From: Escherichia coli
GTDB lineage: Bacteria > Pseudomonadota > Gammaproteobacteria > Enterobacterales > Enterobacteriaceae
Assembly: GCF_016026235.1 (NCBI RefSeq)
Contig: NZ_CP065613.1
DNA length: 64,000 nucleotides
Direction: 5' to 3' (one strand)
A model generated the notes under the pieces. The model saw only the letters and a program-made list of their open reading frames with translations, made no database searches and was not told the DNA's origin. The position numbers and the translations under genes are program-made. Positions 54,053 through 64,000 of the stretch are shown one piece after another (position 1 is the stretch's first letter; each line of letters begins with the position of its first letter).

Positions 54053-54818
54053 TATTACTAACGAATCATTAGCACTGGCATTAATGCTGGTGGTGGTGGC
54101 AATCTTAATTAGCCATAAAGAAAAACTGGCGCTGGAGAAAGATATTCTCTGGAGCGTCGGGCGAGCGATAATTCAGCTGATTATTGTCGGCTATGTGCTG
54201 AAGTATATTTTCAGCGTGGATGATGCCTGCCTGACATTATTGATGGTGTTATTTATCTGCTTTAATGCGGCGTGGAACGCGCAAAAACGCAGTAAATATA
54301 TTGCTAAAGCTTTTATCTCATCGTTTATTGCCATTACGGTCGGGGCGGGAATTACCCTGGCGGTGCTGATTCTCTCTGGGTCGATTGAATTTATCCCGAT
54401 GCAGGTGATCCCTATCGCCGGGATGATTGCCGGTAACGCCATGGTAGCGGTGGGGTTGTGTTACAACAATTTAGGGCAACGGGTCATTAGCGAACAGCAA
54501 CAGATTCAGGAGAAACTGAGTCTTGGTGCGACGCCGAAGCAGGCTTCAGCGATATTGATTCGCGACAGTATTCGCGCGGCTTTAATTCCGACGGTCGATT
54601 CAGCAAAAACGGTTGGCTTAGTGAGTTTACCTGGAATGATGTCCGGGCTGATATTTGCCGGGATTGATCCGGTGAAGGCGATTAAATATCAGATTATGGT
54701 GACCTTTATGCTGCTCTCAACCGCCAGCTTGTCGACCATTATTGCCTGCTATTTAACCTATCGTAAGTTTTATAATTCGCGCCACCAGTTGGTGGTGACG
54801 CAATTGAAGAAGAAATGA
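54039..54818 (+). CDS. fetB: ABC transporter permease FetB (YbbM)
   Basis: 259 aa starting MNSHNITNESLALALMLVVVAIL inside ORF 54012..54818; overlaps fetA stop. Confidence 0.9.
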   Translation: MNSHNITNESLALALMLVVVAILISHKEKLALEKDILWSVGRAIIQLIIVGYVLKYIFSVDDACLTLLMVLFICFNAAWNAQKRSKYIAKAFISSFIAITVGAGITLAVLILSGSIEFIPMQVIPIAGMIAGNAMVAVGLCYNNLGQRVISEQQQIQEKLSLGATPKQASAILIRDSIRAALIPTVDSAKTVGLVSLPGMMSGLIFAGIDPVKAIKYQIMVTFMLLSTASLSTIIACYLTYRKFYNSRHQLVVTQLKKK

Positions 54819-54880
54819 TGCGATGCCGGATGCGCAGCATCGCATCCGGCGTTGTGGTTCATGTGCCGATCAACGGAATA

Positions 54881-55777
<897 letters not shown>

Positions 55778-55795
55778 TTAAGCGCGCGCTTCAAC

Positions 55796-56605
55796 TCACC
55801 CCTGCAATATTTTGTCCATCACGCGCCCCGGCAGCAGGCGCTTAAGCACCATTACCGCCCAGGTCACCAGCGTCACCGGATAGCGCATCTTCGGCTTCTC
55901 GCTAATAAAAGCATGGCGTACTTTGTCCACCACCGCTTCCGGTCCCAACGTAAAGCGGGCGGCGATGCCGGGATTTTCGACTGGTTTATCACTTTGCGTC
56001 TGGTTGACGTTGTCGGTGAAGCGAGTACGAATGGGACCGGGTTCGATCAGGCTGACTTTAATTCCGCTGTGGCGCAGCTCCATGCGCAGTGCGTCTGACC
56101 ACGCCTCCAGCGCATATTTACTGGCCGCGTAAGCGCCACGACCCGGCGTGGAGATTAATCCCATCACCGATGATGTCATCACAATACGCCCTTCACCGTG
56201 CGGTAACATCGCGGGTAACAGGCGCATGGTGAGCTGGTGTGCGCCGAAAAAGTTGGCGGAAAACTGCTGTTCCATCTGCGCACGGCTGATGGTGGAAAGG
56301 GGGCCATACATGCCGAATCCGGCATTGTTAAAGATCCCATACAGACAATTATCGGTCAGGGCGATCACCTCGTCGGCTGCGCGATCAACACTTTCTGGTG
56401 AATCCAGATCGATCAACACGCCGGTAAATCCCATGCTGTTCATGCGCTCAACATCATCCGGTTTCCGGCAACCTGCCAGCACATGAAAACCCTGGCGTTT
56501 TAATTCGAGCGCGCTTTCCAGGCCAATTCCACTGGAACATCCGGTAATTAAGACCGATTTTTGCATAACTTTACCTGTCAGGATCTCCGTTGCTTTATGA
56601 GTCAT
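55796..56605 (-). CDS. ybbO: short-chain dehydrogenase/reductase YbbO
   Basis: ORF track 269 aa; TGCSSGIG Rossmann motif, YxxxK active site. Confidence 0.9.
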   Translation of the reverse strand: MTHKATEILTGKVMQKSVLITGCSSGIGLESALELKRQGFHVLAGCRKPDDVERMNSMGFTGVLIDLDSPESVDRAADEVIALTDNCLYGIFNNAGFGMYGPLSTISRAQMEQQFSANFFGAHQLTMRLLPAMLPHGEGRIVMTSSVMGLISTPGRGAYAASKYALEAWSDALRMELRHSGIKVSLIEPGPIRTRFTDNVNQTQSDKPVENPGIAARFTLGPEAVVDKVRHAFISEKPKMRYPVTLVTWAVMVLKRLLPGRVMDKILQG

Positions 56606-57221
56606 GATTTACTAAAGGCTGCAACTGCTTCGCCATCCAGTCGGCAATAAACGGCTGGGCGTCGTGGTTGGGATGAATACCGTCATCCTGCATCCATTGT
56701 GGCTTGAGGTAGACCTCTTCCATAAAAAAGGGCAGCAGCGGAACATCAAACTCTTTGGCGAGTTTGGGGTAAATGGCGCTAAAGGCTTCATTATAACGGC
56801 GACCATAGTTTGCAGGCAGACGTATTTGCATTAACAATGGTTCAGCGTTGGCGGCTTTGACATCCTGCAAAATCTGGCGCAGCGTTTGCTCGGTTTGCTG
56901 TGGCTGAAAACCACGCAAACCGTCATTGCCGCCCAGTTCAACCAGCACCCAGCGCGGCTGATGCTGTTTCAGCAGAGCCGGAAGGCGCGCCAGCCCTTGT
57001 TGCGAAGTGTCGCCGCTGATGCTGGCATTAACTACCGACGTTTTACTCTGCCACTTATCATTCAACAAGGCAGGCCAGGCCGCGCTGGCAGACATTCGAT
57101 ACCCAGCGCTCAGGCTATCACCCAGAATCAATAACGTGTCCGCTGCGGCGGCACGGAAGGTTAACAGGACCAGGAACAGGAAGGGCAAATGCCAGCGGAA
57201 AACATTGTTGAAGTTCATCAT
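56595..57221 (-). CDS. tesA: multifunctional acyl-CoA thioesterase I / protease I / lysophospholipase L1 TesA
   Basis: 208 aa starting MMNFNNVFRWHLPFLFL inside ORF 56595..57251; GDSLS SGNH-hydrolase motif. Confidence 0.93.
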   Translation of the reverse strand: MMNFNNVFRWHLPFLFLVLLTFRAAAADTLLILGDSLSAGYRMSASAAWPALLNDKWQSKTSVVNASISGDTSQQGLARLPALLKQHQPRWVLVELGGNDGLRGFQPQQTEQTLRQILQDVKAANAEPLLMQIRLPANYGRRYNEAFSAIYPKLAKEFDVPLLPFFMEEVYLKPQWMQDDGIHPNHDAQPFIADWMAKQLQPLVNHDS

Positions 57222-57875
57222 CTTAAGAAGTCCGTCGGTCAGGGGGAGCATGAACTCTCCATCCTCACCGGAGTTGAGCTGGTTGTCAAACGTGGCGAGA
57301 CCATCGCACTGGTGGGCGAGTCGGGATCGGGTAAGTCAACCTTGCTGGCGATCCTCGCCGGGCTGGATGACGGCAGCAGTGGCGAAGTGAGTCTGGTGGG
57401 ACAACCGCTACATAATATGGACGAAGAAGCGCGGGCAAAGTTGCGCGCGAAGCACGTAGGCTTTGTTTTTCAGTCATTTATGTTAATTCCTACCCTTAAC
57501 GCGCTGGAAAACGTCGAGCTTCCGGCGCTGCTGCGCGGTGAGAGTAGCGCGGAAAGTCGTAACGGAGCGAAAGCGTTGCTCGAACAGTTAGGTCTGGGTA
57601 AACGTCTGGATCATCTTCCGGCACAGCTTTCCGGCGGTGAACAGCAACGAGTGGCGCTGGCACGAGCCTTTAACGGTCGACCTGATGTGCTGTTTGCCGA
57701 CGAACCCACCGGCAACCTTGACCGCCATACCGGCGATAAAATTGCCGACCTGCTGTTTTCCCTCAACCGTGAGCATGGCACCACGTTGATTATGGTGACC
57801 CACGACCTGCAACTGGCGGCACGCTGCGACCGCTGCTTACGGCTGGTGAACGGGCAGTTGCAGGAGGAAGCATGA
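57189..57875 (+). CDS. ybbA: ABC transporter ATP-binding protein YbbA
   Basis: ORF track 228 aa; Walker A GESGSGKST. Confidence 0.92.
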   Translation: MPAENIVEVHHLKKSVGQGEHELSILTGVELVVKRGETIALVGESGSGKSTLLAILAGLDDGSSGEVSLVGQPLHNMDEEARAKLRAKHVGFVFQSFMLIPTLNALENVELPALLRGESSAESRNGAKALLEQLGLGKRLDHLPAQLSGGEQQRVALARAFNGRPDVLFADEPTGNLDRHTGDKIADLLFSLNREHGTTLIMVTHDLQLAARCDRCLRLVNGQLQEEA

Positions 57876-60286
57876 TTGCACGTTGGTTCTGGCGCGAATG
57901 GCGTTCGCCGTCGCTATTAATTGTCTGGCTGGCGCTAAGCCTGGCGGTGGCCTGCGTGCTGGCGCTGGGCAATATCAGCGATCGCATGGAGAAGGGCTTA
58001 AGCCAGCAAAGCCGTGAGTTTATGGCGGGCGATCGGGCGCTGCGCAGTTCGCGCGAAGTGCCGCAAGCGTGGCTGGAGGAAGCGCAAAAGCGCGGCCTGA
58101 AAGTCGGCAAGCAGCTGACTTTCGCCACCATGACATTTGCAGGCGACACACCGCAGCTGGCGAACGTTAAAGCGGTGGATGATATCTACCCGATGTATGG
58201 CGATCTGCAAACCAATCCCCCTGGCCTGAAACCGCAGGCGGGCAGCGTATTGCTGGCCCCACGCCTGATGGCACTGCTTAACCTGAAAACGGGCGACACC
58301 ATTGACGTGGGCGATGCCACCTTGCGGATTGCCGGAGAAGTGATTCAGGAACCGGATTCCGGTTTTAACCCCTTCCAGATGGCTCCGCGTCTGATGATGA
58401 ATCTGGCGGATGTCGATAAAACCGGAGCCGTGCAGCCGGGGAGTCGGGTCACCTGGCGCTATAAATTCGGCGGCAGCGAGAACCAGCTCGACAGCTATGA
58501 GAAATGGTTGTTACCTCAGCTTAAACCCGAACAACGCTGGTACGGTCTGGAACAGGACGAAGGCGCGCTGGGGCGATCGATGGAACGCTCGCAACAGTTC
58601 CTGCTGCTTTCGGCGCTTCTGACCTTGCTGCTGGCAGTGGCAGCGGTGGCGGTAGCGATGAATCATTACTGTCGCAGTCGCTACGATCTGGTGGCGATCC
58701 TCAAAACACTGGGGGCAGGGCGAGCGCAACTGCGTAAGCTAATCGTCGGTCAGTGGTTGATGGTGCTGACGCTTTCAGCCGTTACCGGTGGGGCGATAGG
58801 CCTGTTGTTCGAAAACGTGTTGATGGTGCTGCTCAAGCCCGTTCTGCCTGCTGCACTACCGCCAGCCAGCCTCTGGCCGTGGCTGTGGGCGCTTGGCACC
58901 ATGACGGTCATCTCGCTGCTGGTGGGGCTACGACCATACCGCTTGTTGCTGGCAACGCAGCCTTTACGCGTATTACGTAATGATGTGGTAGCGAACGTCT
59001 GGCCGCTGAAGTTTTATCTGCCGATTGTCAGTGTGGTGGTTGTGCTGCTGCTCGCCGGATTAATGGGTGGCAGCATGCTGCTTTGGGCGGTGCTGGCGGG
59101 CGCGGTAGTACTGGCTTTGCTGTGCGGTGTGCTGGGCTGGATGCAGCTGAATGTACTTCGCCGCATGACGCTGAAATCGCTACCTCTGCGCCTGGCGGTT
59201 AGCCGCCTGTTACGTCAGCCGTGGTCAACGTTAAGCCAGCTTTCGGCATTTTCGCTCTCCTTTATGCTGCTGGCGCTGTTGCTGGTATTGCGTGGCGATC
59301 TGCTCGACCGCTGGCAGCAGCAGCTACCGCCAGAAAGCCCGAACTACTTTTTAATTAACATCGCCACAGAACAGGTAGCACCGCTAAAAGCGTTCCTCGC
59401 GGAACATCATATAGTCCCGGAATCGTTTTATCCGGTGGTGCGGGCGAGACTGACGGCGATTAACGGCAAGCCGACAGAAGGCAATGAAGATGAGGCGCTC
59501 AATCGCGAACTCAATCTTACCTGGCAAAATACGCGGCCCGATCATAATCCGATTGTCGCCGGTAACTGGCCGCCAAAAGCCGATGAAGTATCGATGGAAG
59601 AGGGGCTGGCGAAACGCTTAAACGTTGCCCTCGGTGATACCGTGACTTTTATGGGCGATACCCAGGAGTTCCGCGCTAAAGTGACCAGCCTGCGCAAAGT
59701 GGACTGGGAAAGTCTGCGGCCTAATTTCTATTTTATTTTCCCTGAAGGGGCATTAGACGGGCAACCGCAGAGCTGGCTTACCAGTTTCCGCTGGGAGAAT
59801 GGCAACGGCATGTTGACGCAACTCAACCGCCAGTTCCCGACCATTAGCCTGTTAGACATTGGCGCGATTTTAAAACAGGTCGGCCAGGTGCTGGAGCAGG
59901 TAAGTCGGGCGCTGGAGGTGATGGTGGTGCTGGTCACCGCCTGCGGTATGTTGCTGTTGCTGGCACAGGTGCAGGTGGGAATGCGTCAGCGTCATCAGGA
60001 GCTGGTGGTGTGGCGCACACTCGGTGCGGGGAAAAAACTGCTGCGTACCACGTTGTGGTGTGAGTTCGCCATGCTTGGGTTTGTTTCTGGCCTGGTGGCC
60101 GCAATTGGTGCGGAAACGGCACTGGCAGTGTTGCAGGCGAAAGTGTTTGATTTTCCGTGGGAGCCAGACTGGCGATTGTGGATTGTTCTGCCGTGCAGCG
60201 GTGCGCTGCTGCTGTCGCTTTTCGGCGGCTGGCTGGGCGCGAGACTGGTTAAGGGTAAGGCGCTGTTCAGGCAGTTTGCGGGGTGA
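57872..60286 (+). CDS. ybbP: ABC transporter permease YbbP (FtsX-like, duplicated)
   Basis: ORF track 804 aa; overlaps ybbA stop. Confidence 0.92.
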   Translation: MIARWFWREWRSPSLLIVWLALSLAVACVLALGNISDRMEKGLSQQSREFMAGDRALRSSREVPQAWLEEAQKRGLKVGKQLTFATMTFAGDTPQLANVKAVDDIYPMYGDLQTNPPGLKPQAGSVLLAPRLMALLNLKTGDTIDVGDATLRIAGEVIQEPDSGFNPFQMAPRLMMNLADVDKTGAVQPGSRVTWRYKFGGSENQLDSYEKWLLPQLKPEQRWYGLEQDEGALGRSMERSQQFLLLSALLTLLLAVAAVAVAMNHYCRSRYDLVAILKTLGAGRAQLRKLIVGQWLMVLTLSAVTGGAIGLLFENVLMVLLKPVLPAALPPASLWPWLWALGTMTVISLLVGLRPYRLLLATQPLRVLRNDVVANVWPLKFYLPIVSVVVVLLLAGLMGGSMLLWAVLAGAVVLALLCGVLGWMQLNVLRRMTLKSLPLRLAVSRLLRQPWSTLSQLSAFSLSFMLLALLLVLRGDLLDRWQQQLPPESPNYFLINIATEQVAPLKAFLAEHHIVPESFYPVVRARLTAINGKPTEGNEDEALNRELNLTWQNTRPDHNPIVAGNWPPKADEVSMEEGLAKRLNVALGDTVTFMGDTQEFRAKVTSLRKVDWESLRPNFYFIFPEGALDGQPQSWLTSFRWENGNGMLTQLNRQFPTISLLDIGAILKQVGQVLEQVSRALEVMVVLVTACGMLLLLAQVQVGMRQRHQELVVWRTLGAGKKLLRTTLWCEFAMLGFVSGLVAAIGAETALAVLQAKVFDFPWEPDWRLWIVLPCSGALLLSLFGGWLGARLVKGKALFRQFAG

Positions 60287-60302
60287 TGACTGGTGTTAGA
60301 TT

Positions 60303-60602
<300 letters not shown>

Positions 60603-60703
60603 TGAACAGTGTGCATTTTGGCAATAAATCTGAAACCAACTGTCATGTCGGTTTTTTAAAGGCCGAAGGTGGTAAACCTTCGGCCTTAGCTACGTTTCCT
60701 CAG

Positions 60704-60787
60704 TTATTCAATAAACTGACGGATCAGTTCCAGCAGCGCGATTAGCGCCTTAAGCACGATGAGAACTTTATCGAGAAAAGTTTTCAT
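60704..60787 (-). CDS. candidate type I toxin: 27 aa hydrophobic/amphipathic peptide MKTFLDKVLIVLKALIALLELIRQFIE (DinQ/TisB-like)
   Basis: Hand-translated ORF with strong SD AAGGGAG 6 nt upstream of ATG, SD embedded in perfect palindrome CTCCCTTAAGGGAG; central ALIALLELIR segment resembles DinQ as I recall it; not in the ORF track (under 60 aa). Confidence 0.45.
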   Translation of the reverse strand: MKTFLDKVLIVLKALIALLELIRQFIE

Positions 60788-61046
60788 CCGTTGCTCCCTT
60801 AAGGGAGAAAGACAATCACAGCTTACCCTTACGTTGCCTGTAACTATGATTTTCTTCATGTGCTAGATGAGGACTGCCTCTCTCCAAATTAGAGCACCAG
60901 AATCAGCACCACCTGTATCCTGACCAGGACTTAAAAGTACTTTTCCGCACTGCGGTAATCCCTTGAGGCAGTATCACTACTAGCGTCGGGATTGTATCGC
61001 CAACATAGCTGTTTGAATATGTAGGCATCCTGACTTATAATTCACT

Positions 61047-61137
61047 TGCTAGATGAGGACTGTTTCATTTCTGCCCGGAACCACCAAGTCTTGGGCGGAA
61101 AAAATAAAAAAACCGACTGTCATGTCGGTTTTTTTAT
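61047..61137 (+). ncRNA. candidate antitoxin sRNA (about 90 nt), divergent from the toxin ORF; its 5' end carries a 16 nt box identical to 60861-60876 and hence complementary to the minus-strand toxin leader
   Basis: Near-consensus sigma70 promoter TTGAAT (61013-18), 17 nt spacer, TATAAT (61036-41); transcript would start about 61044-61048 and end at hairpin AACCGAC-TGTCAT-GTCGGTT plus 7 T (61111-61137). Confidence 0.45.
61111..61137. terminator. bidirectional Rho-independent terminator (A-tract, hairpin, T-tract) shared by selU (minus) and the candidate sRNA (plus)
   Basis: AAAAAAACCGAC TGTCAT GTCGGTTTTTTT read directly. Confidence 0.75.
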
Positions 61138-61198
61138 ATCTGTATTCTGGTGCAACCATTCTGTTCTCACGACAATCGCCGTTTCAGAATACCGCCCA

Positions 61199-62308
<1,110 letters not shown>

Positions 62309-62361
62309 TCAAATCAGCTTGCGCGCTATTTTACGCGCCAACGCGCAAGGAAACTTGATTT

Positions 62362-63288
62362 TTAACTGCGTGGGTTGCCGAAAATTTCTAAAAATCCGCT
62401 GATTTCCGGCCTGCGCTGGGTAAACAAGGTCACAATATCTTCTACCGCTTTGCCGCTGCCAAATTTGCGCCATGCCAGACTCAATGGCGAAGGAGGGCGC
62501 ATCGTTGGGATTACCCGGCTGACCAGTTGTTGATTATCGATCATTGACTGGCAAAGCGATTTTGGCAAAAAACCAATGCCAACGCCCGCCAGATGGGCGG
62601 CGATTTTCGTTTCCATATCGGGAACAATAATCTCTTTTTGACCCGGCAATCGCCAGGCGACGCGTTTGGTTAAGGTGCGGGCGCTGTCTTCAATATTGAC
62701 CGCCGGAAAGCGCCGCAACTGCGCTTCTGTTAACGGCTCTTCAACGTTCGCCAGCGGATGATCCGCCGCCATGACAAATCGCCATTGCACCGATCCTAAG
62801 GGATCAAGACTAAAGGTATTTGCCAGCGCCTCAGTTCCCGTGACGCCGATAGCCAGCGAAAAACCTTCGTACAATAGCGAGTCCCAGACTCCCATATAGA
62901 TTTGTCGAGAGATGTGAAACTGGGTAAAGGGGTAACGTTCATTCAGCCACGCCAGCAACTGGGCGACGGCCTGGGGGTTGTAGAGCAGGTTGTTGATGAC
63001 AATATTCACCTGGCGTTCCACGCCATCATTCACCTGTTGCAGCTCGCTTGGCATACTTTCCAGCCAGCTCAGCCAGTCTCTGGCCTGGGAAAGTAGATGC
63101 TCGCCAGCCGCTGTCAACGTCACGCTACGAGTCGTGCGGAAAAACAGCGCTACTCCGGTATTCTCTTCCAGAAGTTTAATGCGATAACTGATCGTCGCCG
63201 TGGTTTTACATAATCGTTCTGCCGCTTTTGAAAAACTTCCTGTTTCAGCAACCGCAATGAAAGTCCGCAAGGTTTCTGGATCGAACAT
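62362..63288 (-). CDS. allS: LysR-family activator AllS of the allantoin regulon
   Basis: ORF track 308 aa; N-terminal LysR HTH. Confidence 0.92.
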
Positions 63289-63517
63289 CTTCAGGTATCC
63301 CCTTTTAAATCCGCAAGTTGCGTGATTTTCTTATCCTCTGATTTATCAGTATTTTTACATGATAACCCTGTTCAATTTGTGGACTAAATCTAGTTTTGGA
63401 AAAATATTCCAACTTTTGTATTGATGTTGTTCTCTTAAGGTTTTAGATTGCCTGTTATTGAAACCAAGCTGACCGGTCGGCGGTGGTTGAACGGAATTAT
63501 GTTACAAGGACAAAAAG

Positions 63518-64000
63518 ATGAAACTTCAGGTATTACCGTTAAGTCAGGAAGCCTTTAGTGCTTATGGCGACGTAATCGAAACGCAGCAACGGGATTTTTT
63601 CCATATTAACAATGGCCTGGTGGAGCGTTACCACGATTTGGCGCTGGTTGAGATTCTTGAGCAAGACCGTACGCTTATCAGCATTAACCGCGCGCAACCG
63701 GCGAATCTGCCGCTGACCATTCACGAACTCGAACGTCATCCGCTGGGTACTCAGGCCTTTATCCCGATGAAAGGTGAGGTGTTTGTGGTGGTCGTGGCGT
63801 TAGGTGACGACAAACCAGACCTGTCAACCCTGCGGGCGTTTATTACCAACGGCGAACAGGGAGTGAATTACCATCGTAACGTCTGGCATCACCCACTTTT
63901 CGCCTGGCAGCGTGTCACCGATTTTCTGACCATCGATCGCGGCGGCAGTGACAACTGTGATGTTGAAAGTATTCCTGAACAGGAACTCTGTTTTGCGTGA
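63518..64000 (+). CDS. allA: ureidoglycolate lyase AllA
   Basis: ORF track 160 aa ending with TGA at the window edge. Confidence 0.92.

Noticed and set aside
60911-60930. Possible LexA box (ACCTGTATCCTGACCAGGAC) upstream of the candidate toxin, by analogy to SOS-induced tisB/dinQ
   Set aside because: Only one CTGT half-site is canonical; the second half reads CCAG/CAGG at the wrong spacing for CTGT-N8-ACAG, so it is not a supportable LexA operator

Overview
This 64 kb window is an Escherichia coli-type chromosomal segment with K-12-like gene order, running ybaV-fadM-queC-ybaE-cof-decR-mdlAB-glnK-amtB-tesB-ybaY-atl-ffs-ybaA-pdeB-ylaC-maa-hha-tomB-acrBA/acrR-mscK-ybaM-priC-ybaN-apt-dnaX-ybaB-recR-htpG-adk-hemH-aes-gsk-ybaL-fsr-ushA-ybaK-chiX-ybaP-ybaQ-copA-glsA-ybaT-cueR-ybbJ-qmcA-fetAB-cnoX-ybbO-tesA-ybbA-ybbP-selU-allS-allA. 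Gene names are recognised from the translated ORFs by recollection; no database search was run. Most of it is ordinary core genome. Three departures stand out. (1) An IS10-like (IS4-family) insertion sequence sits inside amtB, flanked by a 9-10 bp direct repeat, and its transposase is split across two reading frames. (2) mscK carries an in-frame TAG stop at codon 879. (3) The ybbP-selU gap, where K-12 carries the rhsD cluster as I recall it, is only about 0.9 kb here and holds a REP cluster plus a candidate type I toxin-antitoxin module: a 27-aa hydrophobic peptide with a sequestered Shine-Dalgarno, and a divergent about 90 nt sRNA with a near-consensus promoter whose 5' end is complementary over 16 nt to the toxin 5' leader. 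The third is the best candidate for an undescribed system; the toxin promoter could not be identified. No rRNA, tRNA or CRISPR array was seen. Coordinates of non-ORF features were read by hand and may be off by 1-2 nt.
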